A stretch of DNA of 64,000 bases from Trueperaceae bacterium (GTDB taxonomy: Bacteria > Deinococcota > Deinococci > Deinococcales > Trueperaceae), in the NCBI GenBank assembly GCA_034520945.1, contig JAXHNB010000005.1:576001-640000 (forward strand), given 5' to 3'. Made by a program: the position numbers and the translations under genes. Every line of letters begins with the position of its first letter. Within the stretch, counting starts at the first letter, position 1. Under the pieces are notes generated by a model that was not told the origin of the DNA, made no database searches, and worked only from the letters and a program-made list of their open reading frames with translations. Below, piece after piece: positions 11,598 to 20,407 of this stretch.

Positions 11598-11638
11598 GCA
11601 AGGTCCACACCGGCGATCCGTCCGTTATCCTGGGACAC
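11598..11638 (-). pseudogene. N-terminal stub of a second IS110 transposase
   Basis: RBS GAAAGGAG followed by MSQDNGRIAGVDLA, which resembles the first DEDD motif. It stops at the DUF1670 module right end. Confidence 0.55.
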
Positions 11639-11778
11639 GGTCGCTCTCCTTTCTGGGTCACGAGCCCGTCAGTTACAGATGGGATGTAGAGGCCGCCCTC
11701 CGCCTGACGCAGTCACCCGTCGCGGGGCTGCTCTACCCTGTGGTGACGGGCTGGGTTGGCCCGGAAGGGAGGACGGCC

Positions 11779-12855
11779 ATGATCCAGGATACGTCTTCGG
11801 TTTCGCCTTGCATCGCAGGGGTCGACATTGGGGACGACACCTCCAGCGTGTGCATCTTGGATGCGGCATCGGGAGACGTGCTGGAGGAAACCCGCGTTCG
11901 GACGCGCGTGGCGGACGTGGAGCGGTACTTCGCGCGGTTGGACCCATTGCGTGTCGCCATTGAGACCGGGACGCACTCGTCGTGGATCGCGCGCGCCATC
12001 AGCGACGCGGGGCAAGACGTCACGATCGCCAACGCCGCGCACGTCCGGTTGATTCACGGCAGCAAACGCAAGAACGACCGGCTGGACGCCGAGAAACTCG
12101 GGCGCCTCCTCCGGTACGACCGGGCGTTGCTCGCGCCCATCACGCACCGGGGTCGCGCCGCGCAACTGGACCTTTCCGTTCTCCGTGCACGGGACGCGCT
12201 GGTCAGGGCGCGCACGCTCCTGATCAACCACGTGCGCGGGGTGGTGAAGTCCTACGGGCAGCGCATCCCCAAGTGCGAGACGAGCGCGTTCTCCAAGCAC
12301 GCCGCCTCGCACGTTCCCCCGGACCTGCTGCCCGCCCTGCAACCGCAGATCGAGGCGATCGCGCACCTCACAGAGCAGATCCGCAGCGCCGATCGGCGCG
12401 TAGCGGAGCTGTGCCGCACGACCCACCCCGAGACGGCCGTCCTGACGCAAGTACACGGCGTGGCCGAAACCACCGCCTTGACGTACGTCCTCACTCTCGA
12501 AGACCCCAACAGGTTCCACCGCAGTCGCGACGTCGGCGCGTACCTCGGTCTCACACCCGGCCAACGACAATCCGGCGGCAGGGATCCCGATAGGCACATC
12601 ACCAAGGCCGGCGATCGTGCGCTACGCAGGCTGCTGATTCAGTGCGCCCAACGCATCCTCGGCAAGCGCGGCATCGACAGTGACCTCAAGCGGCACGGGC
12701 AACGCATCATGCAACCCGGCACCAAGGAGGCGAAACGACGTGCCGTGGTCGCCGTCGCCCGCAAGCTCGCCATCCTCCTGCATCGACTCTGGATCACCGG
12801 CGAGGTGTACGAACCGCTCCACAACAACCAACCGAAACCGACCCCCTTGACGTGA
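11779..12855 (+). CDS. IS110 recombinase/transposase
   Basis: GVDIG, IETG, KNDRLDAEKL, YLGLTPGQRQSG, ITKAGD, AVARKL. Confidence 0.95.
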   Translation: MIQDTSSVSPCIAGVDIGDDTSSVCILDAASGDVLEETRVRTRVADVERYFARLDPLRVAIETGTHSSWIARAISDAGQDVTIANAAHVRLIHGSKRKNDRLDAEKLGRLLRYDRALLAPITHRGRAAQLDLSVLRARDALVRARTLLINHVRGVVKSYGQRIPKCETSAFSKHAASHVPPDLLPALQPQIEAIAHLTEQIRSADRRVAELCRTTHPETAVLTQVHGVAETTALTYVLTLEDPNRFHRSRDVGAYLGLTPGQRQSGGRDPDRHITKAGDRALRRLLIQCAQRILGKRGIDSDLKRHGQRIMQPGTKEAKRRAVVAVARKLAILLHRLWITGEVYEPLHNNQPKPTPLT

Positions 12856-12922
12856 GTTGAGTTCGCGCTCGGCGCGCGGCACGGACGAGGATCGCACCTG
12901 GGGCGTGCCCACCTTCCGGGAC

Positions 12923-13050
12923 GGGTGACTGCGACGGCTGGCTCTGGCTCTACGAAGCCGCTTTACAGAGTGCAGCACCCAACTTGGATGTACCCCACCC
13001 TGCACCGAGCCGACCTACCGGCTCACCACGAGTGCGCATGGAAGAACAAG
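12923..13050 (+). ncRNA. Predicted bridge/seek RNA with target- and donor-binding loops
   Basis: Stem GGGTGACTGC/GCAGCACCC. Loop strands GCTGGCTCT and TTACAG match the insertion flanks, and CATGGAAGA matches the predicted circle junction. Confidence 0.75.
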
Positions 13051-13448
13051 GCAAGGGCACCCCCGCATCAAGGCGCGCACCCCGCCCGCCACCGCCAGGC
13101 GCGACCGGCCCGTCAAGAACTACAAACCGCACCCAAGCAAACGCGGCGAAAACCACACCCCCGCGTCGGCGCCAACCTACGTTGACACGAAGCGGCCTCA
13201 ACATGGAAGAGTGCAGCACCCAACTTGGGTGTACCCCACCCTGCACCGAGCCGACCTACCGGCTCACCACGAGTGCGCATGGAAGAACAAGGCAAGGGGA
13301 CCCCGCATCGAGGCGCGAACCCCCGCCCCCACCGCCAGGCGCGACCGGCCCGTCAAGAACTACAAACCGCACCCAAGCAAACGCGGCGAAAACCACACCC
13401 CCCGCGTCGACGCCGCCCTACGTTGACACGAAGCGGCCTCAACATGGA
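12967..13448 (+). repeat. Tandem 241-bp imperfect duplication (12967-13207, 13208-13448)
   Basis: Direct alignment by eye shows several substitutions and small indels between the copies. Confidence 0.95.
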
Positions 13449-13475
13449 AGAGCCAGCGGGGCGCGGTCCCGCCCT

Positions 13476-14763
13476 GCGATTGGTGTCGATGGTTCCGCTA
13501 TTGGTCGCGGCGATCCTTCGCCCCGGTTGGTGGCAGCCCTACGTGAGTTTGGGACTGGGACTCACCCTCGGGTTCGTCGTGTTCACGATCTCACTGGCGG
13601 GACAGGTGTTGGCGGTGATCGCACTCGCTGGCCTAACCACGCTGCACGCGATTCGCAACCGCAACGCGTTGATCCAGCACGTCAAGGCCGTCGCGGTCCG
13701 CGCGTCGGTTCTTGTCGCGCTGGTAGCGGTGGGATTCACATTCGCGCTGCAACTCGTCGAGCCGGAGGCCATTCAGGTCCTCGGCGGGGGCGTCAACCTA
13801 ACGGACGTTCGCGAGCCGGAGGAGGAGGACCTGACGAAGGACAACCTGCGCCAAACGTTCAGGGAGCGCGGGGTGTGGATCGCGGACGCGCTCCGTCGCG
13901 GTGCAGAGCGCTTTCCGGTCGGGACGGGCGCTGGCAGCACGCGGCACATCTTCTCGTCGATCCAGTCCCACCCTGGCGTCGAGTCCGTCGACGTCCACAA
14001 CTACTACGTGCAGACGTTCATGACGCTGGGGCCCATCGGCGCGCTTGCACTGGTCTGGTGGTTGTTCGGTGCGGTTCACCTTGCATTCCTGCGTGGGCGT
14101 GTTGCGCTCGGCGTCGCAGGTGTCCTGTTCGCGATTCACCTCGGCTTCGACGTTGCCGGCTACTTCCCGGGCGTGATGATGAGCTTCATGCTTCTTGCTG
14201 GTGCGGGGGCCGCGACGGAGAAGCGGGCGTTTGCGCTCCCCAATGGGAGTGCTCCCGCGCACCGCATGCTCGGACTCGTCGCGTTGGTGGCGGTGTTCGC
14301 GTTCGTGGCGTACTGGGCGGTGTGGTCGCTTCCTTGCCAGGAACTCGATTGTGCCCTTGGGCGCCGCCTGGCGGAGCGAACCACGGTATCGGACGTCATG
14401 GCGCGTTCGACCGAGGCAGATCGGCTGCGCCTGGCCGCAGGGGCGGCACGCCTGAATCCCGATTCGTTGGCGGAGCGCCGTCGATTCGTCCATGAACTCG
14501 AGACCACGGTGTGGCGTTCCGGCGTGGATCCGTTGCCCGTGCTGCGCGAGCATGAGCGCTTGGTCGATGACTTTCGCGTGGCGGATCCCTACATCTACTG
14601 GGATTGGATCGAAGCGGCGACGCGCGCGGGAGATCGCGAAATGGCGTGCGAAGCTCGCCTTCGAGGATGGCAGGTGTTCGGCTTTCGCGGTTCGCACGTC
14701 CTTGCGCCGTCAGAGCGCTCTGCCGATGCGATGCAGGAGCCCGTGACGGTGCACTGTCGGTGA
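13476..14763 (+). pseudogene. O-antigen ligase / pilin O-oligosaccharyltransferase-like membrane protein, probably 5'-truncated
   Basis: Many TM segments and a Wzy_C-like motif GTGAGS..DVHNYYVQTFMTLGPIG. The upstream part of the ORF is IS sequence. Confidence 0.65.
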
Positions 14764-15115
14764 CGACGTGGTTCGATCGCGTTTACGTACATTACCCGGG
14801 CGAGTTCGTGCATTAGATTGTTACGTGCTGGACCGCACGGTTGGTCCCCGTTGAATTCTGATTGGACGTACACAGGCGATCAGTAGGCTGAATGTGGTAC
14901 GAGCCTCGGCGGCGGCATTGCGCCTTCAGTATCAGAGCCCCGTTGCCATCACGGCAAGATACACTCACCTACAGTCCCTACGCGGAAGGCTGCACAAGCA
15001 ACTTGAGCCTCTACGCAACCCAGAGCGGTTCAGGAATACCCGCCCCCCCAAACGTGGGTGGTGCGCCAGCCAACCGGCGGCGATAGTCATAAGCATGAGG
15101 ATTCGAGGCGAACTG

Positions 15116-15607
15116 ATGCTACGACACCCCGTCGGCATGGGACGCGACGCCGTCTCCATGATGGAAATCCTTATCGTGTTGGCGATCCTCGGCATTCTTT
15201 TTTCTATCTCGATTTCCGCAAGGACGGACGATGCGGGCCGCACGGCTCGGGACATGGCGAGACTATTTACGCAGGCGCGTTTCGAGGCGGTGAAGCGAGA
15301 GGCTCCAGTAGCCGTTGTGTGGAACGACGATGACAGTGTGCGCAGGCTCGAGGTGCGAGCAGGTGTAGCCACTTGTGCCGATGCGGGGACACTCGTGCGT
15401 ACGCTTGACGCGTCCGATCGGCGTGTGCGGTCCGTGAGCGTTGGTCTCGATGGCGCAGGGTTGATATGGCTTCCGAGCAACATCGCGCGCACATGCTCGA
15501 ATGATGTCTTCACGGGCACGGGCAATGAATCAAGAGTTGTCGTCGAAGGCCGTCGTTCCACATTCGAAGTCACGATTTCGCCGGCCGGCTTCGTGGAGGT
15601 GCAGTGA
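15116..15607 (+). CDS. FimT/GspH-like minor pilin
   Basis: A-VSMMEILIVLAILGIL type III signal; ARFEAVKR; terminal ISPAG. Confidence 0.75.
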   Translation: MLRHPVGMGRDAVSMMEILIVLAILGILFSISISARTDDAGRTARDMARLFTQARFEAVKREAPVAVVWNDDDSVRRLEVRAGVATCADAGTLVRTLDASDRRVRSVSVGLDGAGLIWLPSNIARTCSNDVFTGTGNESRVVVEGRRSTFEVTISPAGFVEVQ

Positions 15608-16077
15608 TGGTTGCAGGTAGCAGGTTGACAGCATCAAAGTCGAGGCGTGCTGGGCTGACGTTGCTTGAGGTGATCATCGCCGTTGCCATACTGGCCATCG
15701 GCATCCTTGCAGCGGCTGGCCTGCAGACCACGGCCCTGCGCACTACGAGAAACGTGTCGTTGATTCAAGCGTTGACGGAACGAGCCAATGAGGAGTTGGC
15801 ATTTCAGCGTAGCGTCTTTGACCGGGATCTCGAGCCGACCGCTGGTGCCTGTTCATCACCCGTGTCCGACTCGGATCCCTACAGGGATGAAATCGTGTGT
15901 ACGGTCGAAGTCTTCGACTGCGTCGTCACGGCCGGTTCCAGCGCCGCATGTGATGATTCCGGGGCCGGCAACGCGTTTCTCGTACGCGTGACAACGACAT
16001 CCCCGCTCGGCCCCCGAGAGGTCGTGCTTCAGCGCGTTCTCGGCGAGCGACCCTACTTCGACGGGGCTGAAGAATGA
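15604..16077 (+). CDS. PilV-like minor pilin
   Basis: RRAG-LTLLEVIIAVAILAIGILAAAGLQ. Confidence 0.85.
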   Translation: MMVAGSRLTASKSRRAGLTLLEVIIAVAILAIGILAAAGLQTTALRTTRNVSLIQALTERANEELAFQRSVFDRDLEPTAGACSSPVSDSDPYRDEIVCTVEVFDCVVTAGSSAACDDSGAGNAFLVRVTTTSPLGPREVVLQRVLGERPYFDGAEE

Positions 16078-16730
16078 GCGTGCATGGCGCACGGCGCTCG
16101 TCGCAAGGCGTCACGTTGATCGAACTCCTCGTCGCACTTGCGATCATGGGAGTCCTTCTCGCCGCCTTGGCGTCCATCTTGAACACCACGAACACCGCGT
16201 ACCGGACCCACGCCCGTGCGGTCGACCAGTCGGAGGTTCGTTTCCTAGTTACGCAGATTCTTCGCTACCACGTTCGGCTCGCAGGCTACGTGGGATCCAC
16301 CGGAGAGCAGGTTAATACCGTATGCGGCCGCTCTGTCGAGGCTACTAAAGGTTCCGGTAGTGGATCCGACGCTCTCACCATTCGCTACTTCGAAGATCGC
16401 AGGTACGAAGCGGATGAGCCGACCAACAGCACACTTTGTTCGAACGGCGATTCCGTCACGCACATCACGTTTTCTGCGTCTGATGGATTTTTCACGCAGG
16501 ATGGGGAGGCGGTTGTCGAAGGAGTCACGGGCTTCGAGGTCGAGGAGTTCGTGGCTTCGTCGGATGAGGCCATCGCCCCGTTCGAGGTATCGGCCGAGCA
16601 ACTCGGTCAGCTTACAGGTGTGCGGATCGGTGTGCAATTCGAGGAAGCTGCACCACTGAACCTGACGATTCCGTTCGCGAATCGCCAGAACGATTTTTTC
16701 GGAAGCGTCGTGGAGGAGGAGACCAACTGA
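16074..16730 (+). CDS. PilW-like minor pilin
   Basis: QG-VTLIELLVALAIMG; VRLAGY. Confidence 0.85.
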   Translation: MSVHGARRSSQGVTLIELLVALAIMGVLLAALASILNTTNTAYRTHARAVDQSEVRFLVTQILRYHVRLAGYVGSTGEQVNTVCGRSVEATKGSGSGSDALTIRYFEDRRYEADEPTNSTLCSNGDSVTHITFSASDGFFTQDGEAVVEGVTGFEVEEFVASSDEAIAPFEVSAEQLGQLTGVRIGVQFEEAAPLNLTIPFANRQNDFFGSVVEEETN

Positions 16731-18373
16731 TGAAGCGTCCCGGGTATTGGAGTGGGCACATGTGCCAGCCTATTGAGTGCGTTGTACAGGATCAGACAAG
16801 GGGCGTGAGCGTCACCGCAAGGGACGGGATCGCGCTTGTCTCCTCTCTACTGATTCTCGTCATTGTCGCTGGCCTCGGTGCCTCGTCGATGTGGCTTGCC
16901 ACCATGAATGCAAGGACCACGGAGAACGTCCGGAGCCAGGCGATTGCGAAGAACGCCTCTCAAACGGCAATGGACCTGTCCCGGCTCGCATTGCAATCGC
17001 ACTACCGCGACAGCGGCGCGTTCCCAGAAGAGGGTAACTTCACGGTCCCGTCGCTGAAACTTGCCGGTAGCGAGGGAGCGCAAGCAGTCTACGAGCTCGT
17101 CTCTTACACCCTAATGACGGAAGACGACCGCGTCGAGCTTGAGATTCAAGGAAGTGGGCCGAACGGTGCGCGCCACACCACGTCCGCGCGACTCATCGCC
17201 GAAGTCGATGTGGCAGAAGGGGCTCCTTCGGGAGGAGACGAGATGATCCCCGGCCTGTTTTCCGAGACGGCTGTTCACCTTGCGGGTGGCAGTCCGAGGT
17301 TGCGGGACATGCCGGTGCATGGAAACGAGCGCGTGACGATGGGGCGGCCGACTTTTCAGACCTGCAGGGACGAACGCGACGAGTCGGGCGACTGCGAAGA
17401 CGGGTTTGTGACTGAGTTCTTCTCAGACCCCACGGCACCGGAATACCCGATCTCGACCGCAAACGGCTCTAACTGCGACGTAGGAGGCGTCAACGATCAG
17501 CGCTGCCGCGACGGCGGGACCCAGGAAGTCCACGTCGCCTATGAAGAACGTCTGTCCCTCGCTGCGGAAGGTGCGCTTCGGCACGGGTCCGTTGACATGA
17601 ACAGCGATTCGTGCGATCGCGTCGACACGCGCTGCTACACGGGTGACGTCACATTCAGTTCACCGGATGACATTCCTTCCGGTGTTACGCGGATCATCGC
17701 CGATGGCGACGTCGCGATTTTGAGTTCGGGTGGCGGCGGAGGTGACGGAGGCGGCGGTCCTCCCGCCGGAAAGGGCCCGCCCGGTCGAGGTGGCGGCGGT
17801 TCGTCCGATGATGACGAGGATGACGAAGCCGACCTCGAGGGTGTGACGCTGATCAGTACGGGTGGAGGGGTCCAGCTTCCCGATCGCTTTTCAATCAAGG
17901 ACACGGCGATCTTCTCGCACGACAGCCTCGACTTCAAGAAGGACTTCTCTGCGTACGGTAAGGTGACCATCGCGTCGAAGGGGGCGACCGTATTGGATGA
18001 GGAAAACGGTGGCGATGCCGACGAGGGCGACGGCTGTGCAGATCCGCTTCGCGGTGTTCACTTCCGGGGGCAGTCGCCAGCACTGCAAGACGGTGACGTG
18101 ACGTTGCTCGTTGTCTCCGAGGAATGCATCAAGATCAGCGGGATGCCTTTTGCCGACATACGTGGGTACTTCGTGTCGGGTGCTGGGGCGCACTTGGCTG
18201 GCGCTCCGCACTCGTCCTTCTTCGGAGGGATCGCGTCTAAGGGCGACGTGAAGATCGCGGGGACGCCAAATACTTCCTGGGATTCGGGAGTCGAACTCGA
18301 CAGCGACTACGAAGTCGCCCCGCCAACGACAGACTACACGGATGCTGTCGTTTCGTTCGTCACGTTGCGTTGA
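16730..18373 (+). CDS. PilX-like large tip pilin (true start possibly 16805)
   Basis: RDG-IALVSSLLILV, lacking Glu5 as is typical of PilX/GspK; large Cys-containing C-terminal domain. Confidence 0.75.
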   Translation: MKRPGYWSGHMCQPIECVVQDQTRGVSVTARDGIALVSSLLILVIVAGLGASSMWLATMNARTTENVRSQAIAKNASQTAMDLSRLALQSHYRDSGAFPEEGNFTVPSLKLAGSEGAQAVYELVSYTLMTEDDRVELEIQGSGPNGARHTTSARLIAEVDVAEGAPSGGDEMIPGLFSETAVHLAGGSPRLRDMPVHGNERVTMGRPTFQTCRDERDESGDCEDGFVTEFFSDPTAPEYPISTANGSNCDVGGVNDQRCRDGGTQEVHVAYEERLSLAAEGALRHGSVDMNSDSCDRVDTRCYTGDVTFSSPDDIPSGVTRIIADGDVAILSSGGGGGDGGGGPPAGKGPPGRGGGGSSDDDEDDEADLEGVTLISTGGGVQLPDRFSIKDTAIFSHDSLDFKKDFSAYGKVTIASKGATVLDEENGGDADEGDGCADPLRGVHFRGQSPALQDGDVTLLVVSEECIKISGMPFADIRGYFVSGAGAHLAGAPHSSFFGGIASKGDVKIAGTPNTSWDSGVELDSDYEVAPPTTDYTDAVVSFVTLR

Positions 18374-18640
18374 CGCGCGGATTTGTGTACGAACGGAGGC
18401 CACGTCGGCGTTGTCCGGCGTGGCCTTTTGTCCTGGGCGCGAAGTTGAATCAACCAGTAGGTCTTTTGGTTCTCTCGTATCCAGGGGCTGCAACTGGGGA
18501 TGGTGGAAGGCCGCGGACTAGGGAATCGGCGTGCACCGTTCTAACTACGCCCGACTGGCCGCGGACCGTTTGTCAATGCGCGCTCTTGTCGGCCATGGGC
18601 TTCCTGTGCTCTACTTTCCTCCATGGCGCTTCGCGCGTCG

Positions 18641-18761
18641 CCTATCCAGAGCAGGCAAGGGACCTGGCCCTGTGACCCTGCGGCAACCAGCGGTCATCTC
18701 CGCGGGTGCTTCCTCCAGCCGGACGGACGGCTACGATGGCCGGGCCCTCCGGGAAGATAGG
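18641..18761 (+). promoter_or_regulatory. SAM-I (S-box) riboswitch
   Basis: P1 CCTATC/GATAGG, ATCCAGAG, GGGACCTGGCCC, CGGCAACC, GGTGC; lies upstream of met genes. Confidence 0.92.
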
Positions 18762-18820
18762 GGCGAAAGCCTCGTCTTCGTGTCCAGCCCCGAGATGAAA
18801 GGGGCGGAAGGAGGCGAGAG

Positions 18821-18898
18821 ATGCAAAGCGACACCACGACACGAACCCTGTTCCACCCGGTGATGGGCCCACGAATGCCGCGGGCGGCCGTGCGCTGA
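18821..18898 (+). CDS. Putative 25-aa leader ORF MQSDTTTRTLFHPVMGPRMPRAAVR
   Basis: AAGGAGG lies 6 nt upstream of the ATG, directly after the riboswitch. Confidence 0.45.
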   Translation: MQSDTTTRTLFHPVMGPRMPRAAVR

Positions 18899-19090
18899 CC
18901 GCCCGATCGCCGCTGCTGCCGCTCTAGGCCCATTGCCGACCGCGCAGACCTGAGCAGATCCGGGCCGGCGCCAGACCGCCGGACCCCACGCCGCATCCCG
19001 CACCGCACTTCGCGCTGCCGGGGTGCGCGCGTCTACGTCGTGACCGCCGAACCCGACACCCCGCACGCCCCCTCGCGAAGGAGACCGTTC

Positions 19091-20407
19091 ATGTCCCACC
19101 GTTTCGAAACCCTGCAGATCCACGCCGGCTACGAAGAGGTCGAAGCGACCACCAAGGCCCGCGCCGTCCCCATCTACCAGACGACCGCCTACAACTTCGA
19201 CGACGCCGATCACGCCGCGCGCCTCTTCGGCCTGCAGGAGTTCGGCAACATCTACAGCCGCATCATGAACCCCACCAACGACGTGCTCGAGAAGCGCCTC
19301 ACCGCCCTGGAGGGCGGCGTCATGGGCCTGGCGTTGGCCTCGGGGCACGCCGCGGAGTTCCTGGCGATCCTCACCGTGGCGCAGGCGGGCGACAACATCG
19401 TGTCCAGCCCGCACCTGTACGGCGGGACCCGCAACATGTTCGACGTCACCCTGCCGCGGCTGGGGATCGAGGTGCGCTTCACCGGCCCCGACGCCACCCC
19501 CGAGGAGTTCGACGCGCTGATCGACGACAAGACCCGCGCCGTGTACGTCGAGACGCTGCCGAACCCGTCCCTGAAGCTGCTGGACACCGACGCCATCGCC
19601 GAGGCGGCGCACGCGAAGGGCGTGGCGGTGTTCGTGGACAACACCAGCGCCATGGGCGGCTACCTGTACCGCGCCATCGATCACGGCGCCGACGTGGTCA
19701 TCCACAGCGCCACCAAGTGGATCAACGGGCACGGCACCAGCATCGGCGGGGTGCTGGTCGACGCCGGCACCATGCAGTGGGGCAACGGCCGCTACCCGCT
19801 GTTCACCGAGCCCAGCCCCAGCTATCACGGCATGAACTTCTGGGAGACCTTCGGACCCGAAGGGCCGTTCGGCAACATCGCCTTCGCCATCCGCGCGCGG
19901 GTGGAGGGCCTCCGCGACGTCGGCGCGGCGCTGGCGCCGCACAACGCCTGGCTGCACCTGCAGGGGCTCGAGACGCTCAGCCTGCGGGCGGATCGCTGCA
20001 TCGAGAACACGCACGCCCTCACGCAGTGGCTGCAGGCCCGCGACGGCGTCATCAACGTGAATCACCCCGACCTGCCCGACCACCCGGACAACGCCCGCGC
20101 GGTGCAGGACTTCCCCCGTGGCGCCGGCGGGGTGCTGACCTTCGAGCTGGAGGGCGGGCACGAGGCCGGCAAGCGCTTCCTGAACGCCCTGCAGTTGTGC
20201 TCGCGCCTGGTGAACCTCGGCGACGCCAAGACCAGCGTCACGCACCCCGCCAGCACCACCCACTCGCAGCTGGACGAGGACGCGTTGCGCGCCGCGGGCG
20301 TCACGCCGGGACTGATCCGCATCGCGACCGGCCTGGAGCACATCGATGACCTCACCGCCGACCTGGCGCAGGCGCTCGAGGCGGCGAGGGAACCCCAACC
20401 GGCATGA
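19091..20407 (+). CDS. metY: O-acetylhomoserine sulfhydrylase
   Basis: [47 protein letters not shown]. Confidence 0.93.
   Translation: MSHRFETLQIHAGYEEVEATTKARAVPIYQTTAYNFDDADHAARLFGLQEFGNIYSRIMNPTNDVLEKRLTALEGGVMGLALASGHAAEFLAILTVAQAGDNIVSSPHLYGGTRNMFDVTLPRLGIEVRFTGPDATPEEFDALIDDKTRAVYVETLPNPSLKLLDTDAIAEAAHAKGVAVFVDNTSAMGGYLYRAIDHGADVVIHSATKWINGHGTSIGGVLVDAGTMQWGNGRYPLFTEPSPSYHGMNFWETFGPEGPFGNIAFAIRARVEGLRDVGAALAPHNAWLHLQGLETLSLRADRCIENTHALTQWLQARDGVINVNHPDLPDHPDNARAVQDFPRGAGGVLTFELEGGHEAGKRFLNALQLCSRLVNLGDAKTSVTHPASTTHSQLDEDALRAAGVTPGLIRIATGLEHIDDLTADLAQALEAAREPQPA

Larger units (their letters stand above)
11677..13450 (+). mobile_element. IS110-family (IS1111-type) element with a duplicated right end
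   Basis: Sub-terminal IRs ATGTAGAGGCCGC (11684) and GCGGCCTCAACAT (13192, 13433). AG core at 11677 and 13449. Long 3' non-coding end. Confidence 0.85.

Noticed and set aside
11176..12855. 559-aa extended IS110 ORF and the 512-aa ORF at 13225
   Set aside because: The N-terminal extensions are read-through of neighbouring element sequence. The RBS-supported IS110 start is 11779.
12967..13448. CRISPR array
   Set aside because: Only two 241-bp units, no spacers and no cas genes; the IS110 end duplication explains it.
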